The translations under genes were made by a program, and so were the position numbers. Below are positions 45,689 to 56,874 of a DNA stretch of 64,000 bases, one piece after another. The notes under the pieces are model-generated. The model searched no databases and was not told the DNA's origin. It saw nothing but the letters and a program-made list of their open reading frames with translations. The stretch comes from Emiliania huxleyi CCMP1516 (lineage: Eukaryota): NCBI RefSeq assembly GCF_000372725.1, contig NW_005201249.1, positions 24,198 through 88,197 of the forward strand, in the 5' to 3' direction. Each line of letters starts with the position of its first letter. Within the stretch, counting starts at the first letter, position 1.

Positions 45689-46853
45689 ATGGGGCTCCTC
45701 GTCAAGAAACGGCGCAAGGCGGCCTCGCGCGGCGAGGCGCAGTGCGAGCAGGATGAGCCGCCGACGCCCGAGCCTGCGCCTGCGCCTGCGCCTGCCGCTA
45801 CACCGTCGATTCAGCCGTCGGCGGCGAGGCCTCTGATGGCACCGCCGGAAGGCACCAGACAGGCAGCGGCCGAGTGGGCCCGCCGCCGCCGGGAGTCTGC
45901 CGAGTCTCAGCCGCGCAGCGTTAGCGCAGCCGCTGTGGGTAGCACGGAGCCCGATGCCGCTGCGCCTATTCATATTGAGGACACCGCCAACGTGCCTGGC
46001 CAAGTCCTCCCCGCCGATGGCGAGCAGGGCGGCGCCGAGGGCGGCGTGGACAGTGGCGACGGCACCGGCGAGGGTGTCGCCGAGGGCGGCACGGCGAAGC
46101 ACGAATCGCCGCGCAACGGCCGGCCGCCCGCCGCGTCACCGCGGGGCAAGGAGCGCAAGGCGGCGCAGGGCGAGCCGAGCTGCGACGAGGGATTCTCCTT
46201 TGCGTACGGCCCGGCCAACTTTGGCTTTTGCTACGTGTCCCTCGAGGAACGCGAAGGGCTCAATCTGCAGGTGAGCACTCCCGACCAAATTGAGGACACC
46301 TGCTGCGGCTAGAGCGCCACCAGCGACAGGGCCAATCGCCGCCTCCAGAGCGGCCCGCCCACTCCCCCGCCCCCGCCTCAGCCTCCCCGCCCCTCCCCTC
46401 CCGCAGCGGATCCGGGTCGACGGTCGCAAGGTTGGCTTCAGCGACGAGAGCCTCCGCGACGCGCTCGCAGCGATGGAGGAGATCATGGAGAGGAGGGTGC
46501 CGGTGACGGTCACGTACGACGTGCGCAACGTGCCCACGCCGAGCATGAAGCACGTGCGCGAGGGGCTCAAATGGGCGGGCGAGCACAAGGAGCTGCTCGA
46601 CGAGTACATCCAGGGCATCACCGTCATACTCAACTCCTGGGTGCTGACCAAGCTGGCCAACTTTGTGCTCTCTGTGCTCAAGCCGCCGCAGCCAACCAAG
46701 ATCTGCCGCGACGAGGCCGAGGCCATCGCCTTCCTGTGGGCGAAGTGCCAGACGGCGCGCTCGTGGGGCGGCGGCGGCAAGGACGCGCCGCGCAGAGGCA
46801 AGACGGCGAGCACCGTGCGAGCCTCGCCGGAGGGCGTGGGAGTGGGAGTCTGA
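45689..46853 (+). CDS. CRAL-TRIO/STAS-SEC14-like lipid-binding domain protein with disordered N-terminus
   Basis: Two exons (donor ~46271, acceptor ~46406). VTVTYDVRNV...LLDEYIQGITVILNSWVLTKLANFVLSVLKPPQPTKI fits the SEC14/SpoIIAA-like fold pattern. Confidence 0.55.
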
Positions 46854-47888
46854 GGTGGTATTGTTGACTGACGGTGTGTATCGTCCGAACCACAGCGTGT
46901 CCCGGTACATATCTCGTGGTGTTTCTCCTGTAACGTGGTGTGTTTGCGCAAAAGGTGGCCTAGTTGGTCGAAGCGCCGACCTTTAGGTCTAACAGAAGGC
47001 ACCAACAACGCGGCACGGCCCGTTTTGGCTGTCGGCTCTGCGGAGATTCTCCGCCGATAACGATTGGGGTGGGGGCCCCAACTCGTGGTAGGCCACTAGT
47101 TTATCGTAGGATACTCACGGATACCTCTCCTGAGTCCCTCTCGTGTTGCCCTCGCGCACATCGCATGCGGTCTTCACTCAGCCTCCGCTGCTGTGAACAC
47201 CAAACTTGCACTTCAGCTGGTGCGCGCTTTCGCCGCCTACTTTCGCGAGCGCGCTTGGCCCTCGCTCCTCATGCGCGGCGCTCTCGCTGCGCTCTCTCCC
47301 TGCTCATGGGACCTTGATGCCGCGCCACCTCTGTGGCCGCTCCATCCTCTCTGACGGCGCCAGCCCTCCGGCTGCGCCATCTCTCTTTGGTTCCCACCCA
47401 CCCTCTCCTTGGTGGCATGCTAAGCTCTCACGCTAGCATGGGATTCACCGTGGCTCTCACGGCGATGTCAGCTCGAGCCTCTGCTCGCGTAATGGGTCCT
47501 GTCGTCGGCCCTTCTTACCTCTCCCCCCCTCTTATGCGGGGGAGACTCCCGCGTCGTTTACGCGGCGGTAGGTGCTCCACGTGTGGTGAGCTCCACCTCT
47601 CTCTCTACTTGGTCTGAGGTGCGATCCCTTACGGCGCCGCGGCCGGCTGCAGGACGTTTGAGGTTACCTCCGGACCTGCAGTTCGTCCAAGCTGTTTGAG
47701 TCCCAACCCTCCGCCTTTAGTGGCAAGACCCCAGGGGATGTCAGGTACTGCGTAGCTCTTCCGTTGTGGAGGCACGCGACTCCAGACTGACCCTTTACGC
47801 GCCAATGTATCACACCTCACGGTGCAGATGCTTGGGTCATGTGGAGAAGCCGAGATAAACTAGTGTCTATAGTGTCTTAGCACACACC

Positions 47889-48136
47889 GTGAAGTCATTC
47901 GGAGTCATTCGATGGCCAGAGTGCGATTGTGTGTGTGCGGGAGTTGGTTTGTCGGGAGGGAGGGGCAGGCTGCTGACCCACGTGCACCGGGCCAGTGCTT
48001 GGATGCACTTTGTCTTTGAATGCCGTGGGGCTCCTGGCCTCCTGCCCCTGTCCGGGCGGGTGTGGAGATGCGAGGGTCGCCCCCCCTTGCCCCACCACTT
48101 TGTGTGTGTGGAGAAATTTACCTTACCTTACCTTAC
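47889..48136 (+). mobile_element. Possible degenerate LINE 3' end
   Basis: A C-x-C...HFVFEC knuckle-like peptide followed by a (TTACC)n tail at 48118-48136. Confidence 0.3.
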
Positions 48137-48161
48137 TTGTGGGAGTTCGTACAGCCTAAAT

Positions 48162-48921
48162 CCTGAGGGAGGGTGTAGAGGATGTAGAGTGTAGAGCGCT
48201 GTAGAGCTGTAGAGATGTAGAGCGCTCTGGAGCGCTGTAGAGCAATGTAGAGCTGTAGAGCTCTACATCCACCGCGTGACGAACTGCCTCCGTTGTAGAG
48301 CGATGTAGAGGCGCTCTACAACGTGAAATCTCTACAACAAACTAAACATCATAAGCGGCGAACGAGGCACGGTCGCTCTCCGACATGAGGCGCGTTGCAC
48401 TTGCCAGTGCTGCCCTGGCCTTCTGTCTGCCCGCCCAATGGGTGGCAGGTGCCTCTGCTGCTGTGGCATGCCTCGCGGCTGCGACTGGCCGGCGCCTCGG
48501 CGCGTCAGCTCGGCTCGGCGTAGCGATCGTGGCCAGCGCAACTCGCCTGGACTCAACGCTCAGCCAGGAGCTCCCGCACGCGCTGGCGCGAGTCATGGCG
48601 CATGCAACGCGTCTAAATGCTCGCCTCGCCTCGCGCAAATGCGACCGTCCTCGCAGCCGACAGTCCACCGCCTGCTAAAGAAGCACAGCGACGAATGCGG
48701 CACCGGCGACGCATGGCAGGCTGGTCATGACGCAGTTATAGGGTGTTGTGTGCCGTCAGAGTGACCTCTGTGTGTCAGGGATAGTCAGGGCCGTCCATCA
48801 GAGCTCCAGTAAGCTCGGAGACACCCCATTAGTGCGACTCGACCTCCTTGAGTCACTGCCTTCCCGGCGGTTTGGCTGTAGAGCCTCTACAACAAACTCT
48901 ACAACAAAATCGCGCTCTACA
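48162..48921. mobile_element. Non-autonomous TGTAGAG-repeat element; right end cut off at a TTAA site
   Basis: Both ends match 7517-7872 (left end direct, right end inverted). Similarity stops at TTAA 48922. Confidence 0.7.
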
Positions 48922-49109
48922 TTAAGGCCCTTGCCCTGCGAACGCGCACCCCCGGGGCTAGGGCTCTCTAGCCCGTAACCCGATGCCAATCATCCGGCCC
49001 GCTGGGTGCGCTTCTGAGCTCCCCGGCCCTGGATGTGCGGTTGATGACTGCACTCCATAGATTAGTGGTGGCGCGACACGGGCCGTGCTAGTGTAATAAG
49101 AGTGAACTG

Positions 49110-49958
49110 ATGAGACTGTGCGCGACGCTGGTCCTGCTTTTGTCGGCCGCACACGCCTTTCCGGCTAGCGGCATCCACAGTGCATCACTGCCGCGGCTGC
49201 GGCTCGCACGGCATGAGCCGCTGCTCGCGATGTCTGGCGCCAGTGGGCAGGAATCTGCCCGAGGGGCGGCTCCAGCCGGGGAGCCAAAGGCGCCGCTCGC
49301 CAGGGTACTCGGCTGGGGCATGACGTGCGGCGCGCTCGGCGTCTTCCTACCCATTATCCTGCGTCTGGTGGAAACGCGTTCCGCAGCTGGGCTCTCTCCG
49401 CTCACGTGGAGCCTTCAGCTGCTCGGCTACGCCCTTTTTGTTGTCTACCCTGCGCGGTCCGGCTTTCCGCTCTCCTCGTACGTCGAGTACGCCGTCCTGA
49501 TGGCGCAGAGCCTCGCCATCAACTGTGCGCCAGCCGATATGGACACTGAAGTTGCAATCTGTCGGTAGAGCCACGAGAATCGGTCGAGATGCGTAGGCAT
49601 GATCCGGCTCTTCGCGGGTGTCGCCGCCCCCTCGGTCGCCGCCGGCGCCGCCGCCTATTGCGTCGCCCTCGCCCTCGCGCTGCGCTGCACGCCGCTACGC
49701 CTCGCCAAGCTGTGTGTCCCCGCTGCCACGGCGCTGCTCTCGACAGCGCTGCTGCCGCAGATCTGCCGCAACTTCGCTGCGAGGTCCTCCGGCGGCTGGT
49801 CCGGCATCACTGCCAGCCTCGGCATCGTGGGCAACTCGCTGCGTCTCTACACGACGCTGCGGCTCGCCGGCGGCGACAGGCTTCTCCTCGCCCAGTTCGG
49901 CCTCGGCGTGAGCCTAAACGCGATCCTGCTCACGCAGGTCCTCGTGTGGGGAGTCTGA
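49110..49958 (+). CDS. PQ-loop membrane protein, MPDU1/Lec35-like, with signal peptide and possible plastid transit peptide
   Basis: FLPIILRLVETRSAAGLSPLTWSLQLLGY, GFPLSSYVE, LLPQICRNFAARSSGGWSGIT...GNSLRLYTT. N-terminus MRLCATLVLLLSAAHA-FP. One intron at ~49525-49597. Confidence 0.8.
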
Positions 49959-50065
49959 GAGATCTCCCAGTCTTTTCTCTGCAGCGAAAATAACCAACGA
50001 ACGAGAGGGAGGCAGGCAGGGGGGGAGGCAGGGAGGGAGACTGGGAGAGCCCGTGAGGGAGATTT

Positions 50066-50844
50066 CACAGCCTTGTTATTGACAAGAAAATACGTCCTAT
50101 TTTCACAGACAGTCGAGATGGGAGAGGCAGCGACGGCACGTCAGAAGGCAGCACTGGGTCCCGCGCGGGCCGCGCGGCGCACAACCCGGCCAAATTTCTC
50201 GTCCAGATTCTCTTTCAGATTACCTGGAGGACCAAATTTCTCGTTTCAGCTTACGGCCGGACACGGACCAACGGCTGCCTAGACTACCCCTAGAGCCGGG
50301 TAACCTAGACGAGAAATTTGGTCGACCGGGTAATGAAGTTAGCGGCCGGGTAAGCTGAAAACATGAATTGTGGGTGACTGGGTAAACAATTGCGCTGAGC
50401 AGGAAAATAAATATCATTGCCGGGTGATCTGGACGAGAAATTTGGTCGACCGGGTAATATCGTTAGCCTCTCAAAAACCGCCGGCACACCGTGGGCGGGA
50501 GTGGGGGGGGGGGGGGCTCCGCCGGCCGACCAGGAGGGGCGTGGGGCAGTGCTCCGTCGCCCCCCGAGGCGGCGCATATGTTTGCCGAGCCCGCCTCCAA
50601 GCTCCCGACCCCGTGTTGCTGTCTGGTCACTTGCGATTTCGGGCCGGGTGCTCGCAACATGCGTGTCGCGCACTCCATTCATGACCGGTCTCAATGTCCC
50701 ACCCCCCTGCGCGCGGGCCTTCTAGGGCTAGGCCCGCGGGTAGTCTCACCCCATCCCCAGGGCCTCCAGGGCTCGCACCTCAACCTCTCACAGACCAGCG
50801 CACAGCGCCAGAGGAGGTATTTTCTTCTCAATAACAAGGCTGTG
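50066..50844. mobile_element. MITE-like element with 28-bp CACAG-start TIRs
   Basis: CACAGCCTTGTTATTGACAAGAAAATAC (50066-50093) versus GTATTTTCTTCTCAATAACAAGGCTGTG (50817-50844), one mismatch. No clear TSD. Confidence 0.7.
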
Positions 50845-51147
50845 AACGGCGAGTTTTCTGGACAAAGCGTTTTGGTGACTCACAAATAGCGCATGGTGGA
50901 GGTGTTAGACGAGCTCGCTTACACCGAGACCCAACTGCGTGCAGACGTTGAACTGGCGGAGGCGCGCGCGGCCGCGGCGGCGGACGAAGTGTCTGTCTCG
51001 CGAGTGAACGACAAGCGCCTGTGAGAGTCGGACCGTGGAGTAGGCTGCGCCCGCTGCGCCGCGGCGCCGGAAGGGCTGGCGCCAGCCGCGGCTCAGCCCC
51101 CGTATCCTCCCCTGGTACCCCTCTCCCTGACCCTCCCCGACCTCCTC

Positions 51148-52230
51148 GTGCTGTATAGGCGGCAGCTGCAGGAGGGTGGCCCGTCTGCAAAGGCCCACGT
51201 GCCGGGCCGGTGGTGGCGGAGGCTCGTCCTGGGCGTCGGTGCCGCGCTGCTGGCGTCCCTCTGTGTGACCGGGCTTGGCACCGGGAGCCGCCAGAGTTCG
51301 GCGGGAGGGGAGTCGCCCCCATCATTCGACCTCTACGCGTACCTCATCCACCCTCCCGCGCCGCCGCCGCAGCCGCCGCCCGCACCGCCGCCCGCGCCGC
51401 CCCCGCCCCCGCTTCCGCCGCCGCCCCCGCCCCCGCTTCCGCCGCCGCCACCGCCGCCGCCGTCGCCGCCGTCGCCGTCGCCGTTGCCACCGTCGCCGTT
51501 GTCACCACAGTTGCCACCGCCACAGCAGCCGCCGCCGCCGCGATCCGCGTCTCCCGCGCCGCCGGGAGGCTCGCCGCCGCCCGCCACGTGGACGCTGCAC
51601 GCCTCGACAAATTGCTACGCCGGCGCTGGCGCGGAGGACCTCGAGACGCCGAGCGGTAGCTCTTGTTGTACGCTTCCGTCGAGGGTGGACTGCTTTGCGC
51701 GGTGCGACGCGACGGCGGGCTGCGAGGCGGTAGTCGTCACGTCGACGGATCCGGTCCTTTGCTACCGTCGCCGCTCCGTGGACCTGTCGTCCTGCGCGCA
51801 GGGCGACACTAGTTACGACACGTATGTTCGGCCCAGCACGCCGCCACCGGCGCTTCGGCCGCCGAGCCTTGCGCGCGCCCCCCCGCCGCCCTCGTCTCGG
51901 CCGCCGAGCGGCGGCGGCTCGGGGCTCTCGTCCAAATTTGTGGCTCCGTGGAGGGGCGATGGACGGTGCCGCTTCGCGCGCAACGAGCGGCAGTGCTTCA
52001 CGTACTACGCGCCCAAGGCGGTCTTCTACCCGTGCCTGGTGTGGCAGGGCTGCGCGTACGGCAACCGCTCGGCGGATGCGTGCCAGCGGCTGTGCGCGCA
52101 GAGGGCCGACTGCCGCGCCTATGAGTTCAACAACAAGAACCTGTGCGGCGCGAGCCCCTGCGAGCTCCACGGCGTCGTGCCGACACACGTCGATGCGGAC
52201 CCACGGTACACGTGCAAGATCAAGGCATAG
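51148..52230 (+). CDS. Membrane-anchored Pro-rich protein with two PAN/Apple-like domains
   Basis: TM LVLGVGAALLASLCVTGLG, poly-Pro stalk, DCFARCDATAGCEAVVV...CYRR and ACQRLCAQRADCRAYEF...CELH. Start is uncertain. Confidence 0.6.
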   Translation: MLYRRQLQEGGPSAKAHVPGRWWRRLVLGVGAALLASLCVTGLGTGSRQSSAGGESPPSFDLYAYLIHPPAPPPQPPPAPPPAPPPPPLPPPPPPPLPPPPPPPPSPPSPSPLPPSPLSPQLPPPQQPPPPRSASPAPPGGSPPPATWTLHASTNCYAGAGAEDLETPSGSSCCTLPSRVDCFARCDATAGCEAVVVTSTDPVLCYRRRSVDLSSCAQGDTSYDTYVRPSTPPPALRPPSLARAPPPPSSRPPSGGGSGLSSKFVAPWRGDGRCRFARNERQCFTYYAPKAVFYPCLVWQGCAYGNRSADACQRLCAQRADCRAYEFNNKNLCGASPCELHGVVPTHVDADPRYTCKIKA

Positions 52231-52969
52231 GCCCCGGAGGGCGGGCTTCATGATACGTGGTTCTCTGGAGCTGGGGCGATGGAGACTTTGGCATGCGGAG
52301 CCGCCCGCCGCCCGCGTTCGACAGCCGAAATGTTGGCGAGTGCCTGTCGTGCCTCGGGTGCAGCGGGGCTTGTTGACACGGGTAATGTGAAATGGATAAA
52401 TTTCAGATTAGCCGGCCTCGCAGATTGCCCGGTTTTTGAGATTCGCCTCCGGCCTCGCAGATTACCCGGCCCCAACGGTTCGAGCATCGAGGTTCGACGC
52501 ACGCGACGGATATTTCCTGCTTAGCGCAATTTCTATCAAACCGGTTTACCCAGTCTCCCACAATTCATGCTAACTTTTCTCATGACATATTACCCGAATT
52601 TCTCGTCCAGTTTACCCGGCTGCCGTGAAGTATTTGTCGTTTAACTTACCGGATGCGGAGACGGGCGGATCCTGTGCCACGGGCCCACGGCGTGCGCAGC
52701 CATATTGCGAGGCAGCGTGCACGTCGTACAAGGGCACCTGCGGCACGTGGTCGTAAGGAGAGCACGTCTTCCCTGCCTCTGATGCCACTCTCGCGGCTTG
52801 CAGCGCGTCACTCGCGCATGCTCTCCAGGAGCTATGCCTATGGCGGGCGTGTGTGTGGGGCTGTAGCCTGTGTTTGGCCGGTCCTGACCCGTTTACTATC
52901 AGTACCATGCCTGGGCCACAATAATCGCACAAGGGGGGCGGCTCGCCAAATGTCACAACCCATGCCACC

Positions 52970-53735
52970 CAGGGCTGGACCTAGTCGAACTCGAACGAAC
53001 GCAGCCGGCGGGGCCCAGCCCGAACCTCGAAACTGACGAACGGACCGCGCCGGCTGTGGAAGGCGCGAACTGCGAAACGAACGAACGAACGAGCTCCGTT
53101 CGAACTTAGGAAAAAGGAAACCCTCCGCTAAAGTTCGTTCGCGATCGTGCCGGAGCCGTGCTCGGCCCACGGCGGCTCCGGCCGCTACCTGCTCAAGGTC
53201 GGCATCGCCGACCCGGGACCCGCCCACCCCAGAGCGCCGGTTCCCGCAGCCGGGCCGCTCCGAGGACTAGGGTCCCAATGGTGCCGGCTGCGCTGTGAGC
53301 AGGGCCGCCCTGTGGTGCCTGGGCGCCGTGCGTGCTGAATGGCGAGTAGACTGGGCGGGCGGGGGCTCCCCGAGGCGTCCAGGCGTACTAGGCCTCTAGT
53401 AGGCAACCAGGGACTACAGGCAGGCCTGCAGAGCCAACAAAATAAAACATTTCGTTCGTTCGCGGTTCGTTCGCATTCAGACAAACATCCCTGGTATTCC
53501 TCGGCCTGCGGGTGTGAAAAGGGTCGGGGGGGAGGAGAAAAAGGAAAGGCTCGAGTTCACGAACTAGTTCGAGGCACGAGGGTTCGGCGCCCAAGGGCGA
53601 ACGACCGAACCGATGCAGCGAACCAAGGGGATGCCGTCCACAGCGAACTCCGAAACCGAACGAACGAACCGCGAGCGAGTTCACCGAACCAGTTCATGAA
53701 CCAGTTCACCAGTTCGCCCGCGAACGTCAAGGGCT
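52970..53735. mobile_element. Dispersed CGAAC-rich element (family C)
   Basis: 53367-53710 is present as an inverted near-identical copy at 58914-59258. Confidence 0.7.
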
Positions 53736-55526
53736 GTGGCGTCGCCGTACGAGACTACCTTCGCCTTCTCCCGGTTCGACGCCGCCGAGCGGAAGTTTAC
53801 GCCAGACGAGCGTCTGGCAGCGGCTGAGGCCTCCGCCACGGACCGCGAGCTACCCGAGCGACGGCTATCCGAGCGACGGCTATCCGAGTCGGGGGTTTGG
53901 CTATCTTGCGACTTTTCTCCGCCTCCACCATCGCCGGCAACACCATGCCCAGGGTGCGAGTCTATGACCGTGAGTTGCGACGGAAGCAGAATCACCGGAG
54001 AAGTTAGTTACGACGACGACCCTCTTACCACCGATGGGTGCTGCGCCCAAGCGAAGGCGAAGCCAGGGTCATGCGGCTATGAGGTGCGTGCAAAAGAAGA
54101 CCCCGCGTGCGCAGCCCGCCACTAAACCAGGTTTGTGCATCCGATGTGTCAGGTGCTCGGGTCCACCTGCCGAATCTTCATCGGCACGGCGTGCCAAATG
54201 ACAGGCGGGGGGCGCAGGCTCTCCGAGGCGGCCGTCCCAACCGAGACAGGCCTCGCACTCGACAGCGACAGCGACGGCATCCCGGACCACCTCGACCCCG
54301 ACTCGGACGGCGACAGCATCCCCGATGCCGAGGAGGGCACAGGCGACAGCGACAGCGACGGCATCCCGGACCACCTCGACCCCGACTCGGACGGCGACAG
54401 CATCCCCGATGCCGAGGAGGGCAGGGGTGACAGCGACAGCGACGGCATCCCGGACTCCACGGACCCCGACTCGGACGGCGACAGCATCCCCGATGCCGAG
54501 GAGGGCAGGGGTGACAGCGACAGCGACGGCATCCCGGACTCCACGGACCCCGACTCGGACGGCGACAGCATCCCCGACGCCGAGGAGGGCAGGGGTGACC
54601 GCGACAGCGACGGCATCCCGGACTCCACGGACCCCGACTCGGACGGCGACAGCATCCCCGACGCCGAGGAGGGCAGGGGTGACAGCGACAGCGACGGCAT
54701 CCCGGACTCCACGGACCCCGACTCGGACGGCGACAGCATCCCCGATGCCGAGGAGGGCAGGGGTGACAGCGACAGCGACGGCATCCCGGACTCCACGGAC
54801 CCCGACTCGGACGGTGACAGCATCCCCGACGCCGAGGAGGGCAGGGGTGACAGCGACAGCGACGGCATCCCGGACTCCACGGACCCCGACTCGGATGGCG
54901 ACACGCCGCCCTCGCCACCACCTCCCTCGGCGTCGCCCTCGCCGCCACCTCCCTCGGCGTCGCCCTCGCCGCCCCCACCCTCGCCGCCCCCACCCTCGCC
55001 GCCGCCTCCCTCGCCGCCGCCTCCCTCGGCACTGCCTCCCTCGGCGCCGCCCTCGCCGCCACCTCCCTCTGCGTCGCCCTCGCCGCCACCTCCCTCGGCG
55101 TCGCCCTCGCCGCCACCTCCCTCGGCGTCGCCCTCGCCGCCACCTCCCTCGGCGTCGCCCTCGCCGCCCCCACCCTCGCCGCCCCCACCCTCGCCGCCGC
55201 CTCCCTCGCCGCCGCCTCCCTCGGCACTGCCTCCCTCGCCACCGCCGCCCTCGCCGCCGCCGCCAACAGCGCCGACTCCGCCACTGCTTCCGAGCATCCA
55301 TACTCTCTCGGCCAAGCCTCCACCGCTTCCTCCGACGCTCCCCATACTCTCCCCGCCTCTCCCGCCGCCGCCTTCCCCACCCGAGTCGCGTCGGCGAGAA
55401 CTCCTGCTCGAGACTCTAGCCGCGCCGCCACCAGAGCCACCCGCCCCCCCACCGCCGTCGCCACCGCGCGACGCGCGGCGCGATGTGGCGCGACGCGCAG
55501 CGGAGCGGAGCCCCCCGACCTCATAA
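53736..55526 (+). CDS. Asp-rich thrombospondin type-3-like Ca-binding repeat protein with SPPPP stalk (5' end missing or interrupted)
   Basis: 7 full plus 1 partial 84-bp units (54261-54902) encoding DSDSDGIPD(S/H)(T/L)DPDSDGDSIPDAEEGRG. An upstream Cys-rich exon carries RRLSE motifs, with a probable intron at ~54084-54152. Confidence 0.7.
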
Positions 55527-55736
55527 CCGCTTGCTGGAGTATAAACTGTGTAGCGACCATTTTGTCTTTACGTGGTTGTGAGCACTCTGTGAACCCTGCG
55601 TCATCGTTGTGTGTGGTAACATTCTTTTCCAGTCCCGTGCCTTGTGTCGTGCGAGGGAGTAAAGAAATAGAAAGAAAACAGACAACCCAAGGGAGGGAGT
55701 TTGATTGTAAAATTCTTTCCTAAAATTCTTTTCGAG

Positions 55737-55886
55737 GGAGCCGAGCGGAGCCGAGAGGAGCCGAGCGGAGCCGAGCGGAGCCGAGCGGAGCCGAGCGGAG
55801 CCGCCGAGCGGAGCCGAGCGGAGCCGAGCGGAGCCGAGCGGAGCCGAGCGGAGCCGAGCGGAGCCGAGCGGAGCGAGTGGAGCCGA
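55737..55886. repeat. (GAGCCGAGCG)n 10-bp tandem repeat
   Basis: Directly visible. Confidence 0.92.
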
Positions 55887-56874
55887 ACAGAGCTGCCACC
55901 GCGCCATCTGGCGCTTAAGATTTAAAAACGCTAAGCGATCTCATAGGGGGAGGGGGAGACGCGCATCTACGAATAGGAGCCGTCCTTTCCTGGGGCGAGG
56001 GCGAGCGCGGCTGCCTTGGCCACGGAGAGGACCTGTCGAACCAGCTGCTGCCCAAGAAGGTCGAGACTTGGGCGCAGGGGCAGTGAGAAGCCCGCGCAGT
56101 TCCAGTTGGACTGGAAGGGGATGCTCAGGCTTCTCGCGGCGCTCTCAGCGGGGAGGAGAGGGTTCTCTGCGGGGAGGAGAGGGTTCTGTTCGGCCAGGGG
56201 AGCGGCGTCAAAATTCTTCCTCGTGACAGCATCATTCGACGACTTCGATGTTGCAGAGGGAATTTGTGATCAGTTGGTTGAGCCAATCATTCCCGCATGG
56301 AGCTCATGAGAGAGAGAGAGAGAGAGTCTCTCTCATGAGTAGAGAGAGGCCTTGGGGACGATGTCGAAACGGGGTCGTCATAAGGCCATCTCAGTGGCTA
56401 CACGGCCTGCCACGGCGTGTGTGCCACGACTCTGGACGACACTGAATCGGCGCTGGACGCCTCGAGGCCACGACACTGGACGGAGGACGGCGCGGTTGCT
56501 CATTGAGCACTTGGAGCACTTGGAGTGCAGTTATTAACCTCACATCCAGGGCCGAGGAGCTGAGAAGCGCACCCAGCGGGCCGGATGATCGGTGTCGCTG
56601 TCGGGTTGCGGGCAAGAGAGCCCTAGCCCCGGGGGTGCGCGTTCGCAGGGAAAGGGCCTTAAAGTAAACACGGGTCTCCGAGGGTTAGCTCTGCGCTCCG
56701 GGTTTCCCCTAGCAGCGGAACGCCCCCTCTACTCGGGGGCTAGTAGACACCAGGCGCTCGCGACTTCTTTCTTTCTTTCTGCTGTGAGAGGGGCTTGCAT
56801 GCTAAAATTCTTTCTTTCTCGCACAAAGAGATAGGCTGAAGGCCGAAGGCCCCTCGTTCGGAGGCGGGTCGTTC

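Larger units (their letters stand above)
48922..56662. mobile_element. 7.7-kb segment bounded by ~135-bp imperfect inverted repeats with TTAA at both outer ends (Kolobok/piggyBac-like, no transposase seen)
   Basis: TTAA|GGCCCTTGCCCTGCGAACGCGCACCCCCGGGGCTAGGGCTCTC...TGCACTCCA (48926-49057) versus TGGAGTGCA...GAGAGCCCTAGCCCCGGGGGTGCGCGTTCGCAGGGAAAGGGCC|TTAA (56521-56658). Confidence 0.65.

Noticed and set aside
54261..54902. 84-bp periodic array as a CRISPR array
   Set aside because: There are no unique spacers, the units are in-frame coding repeats, no cas genes are present and the context is eukaryotic.
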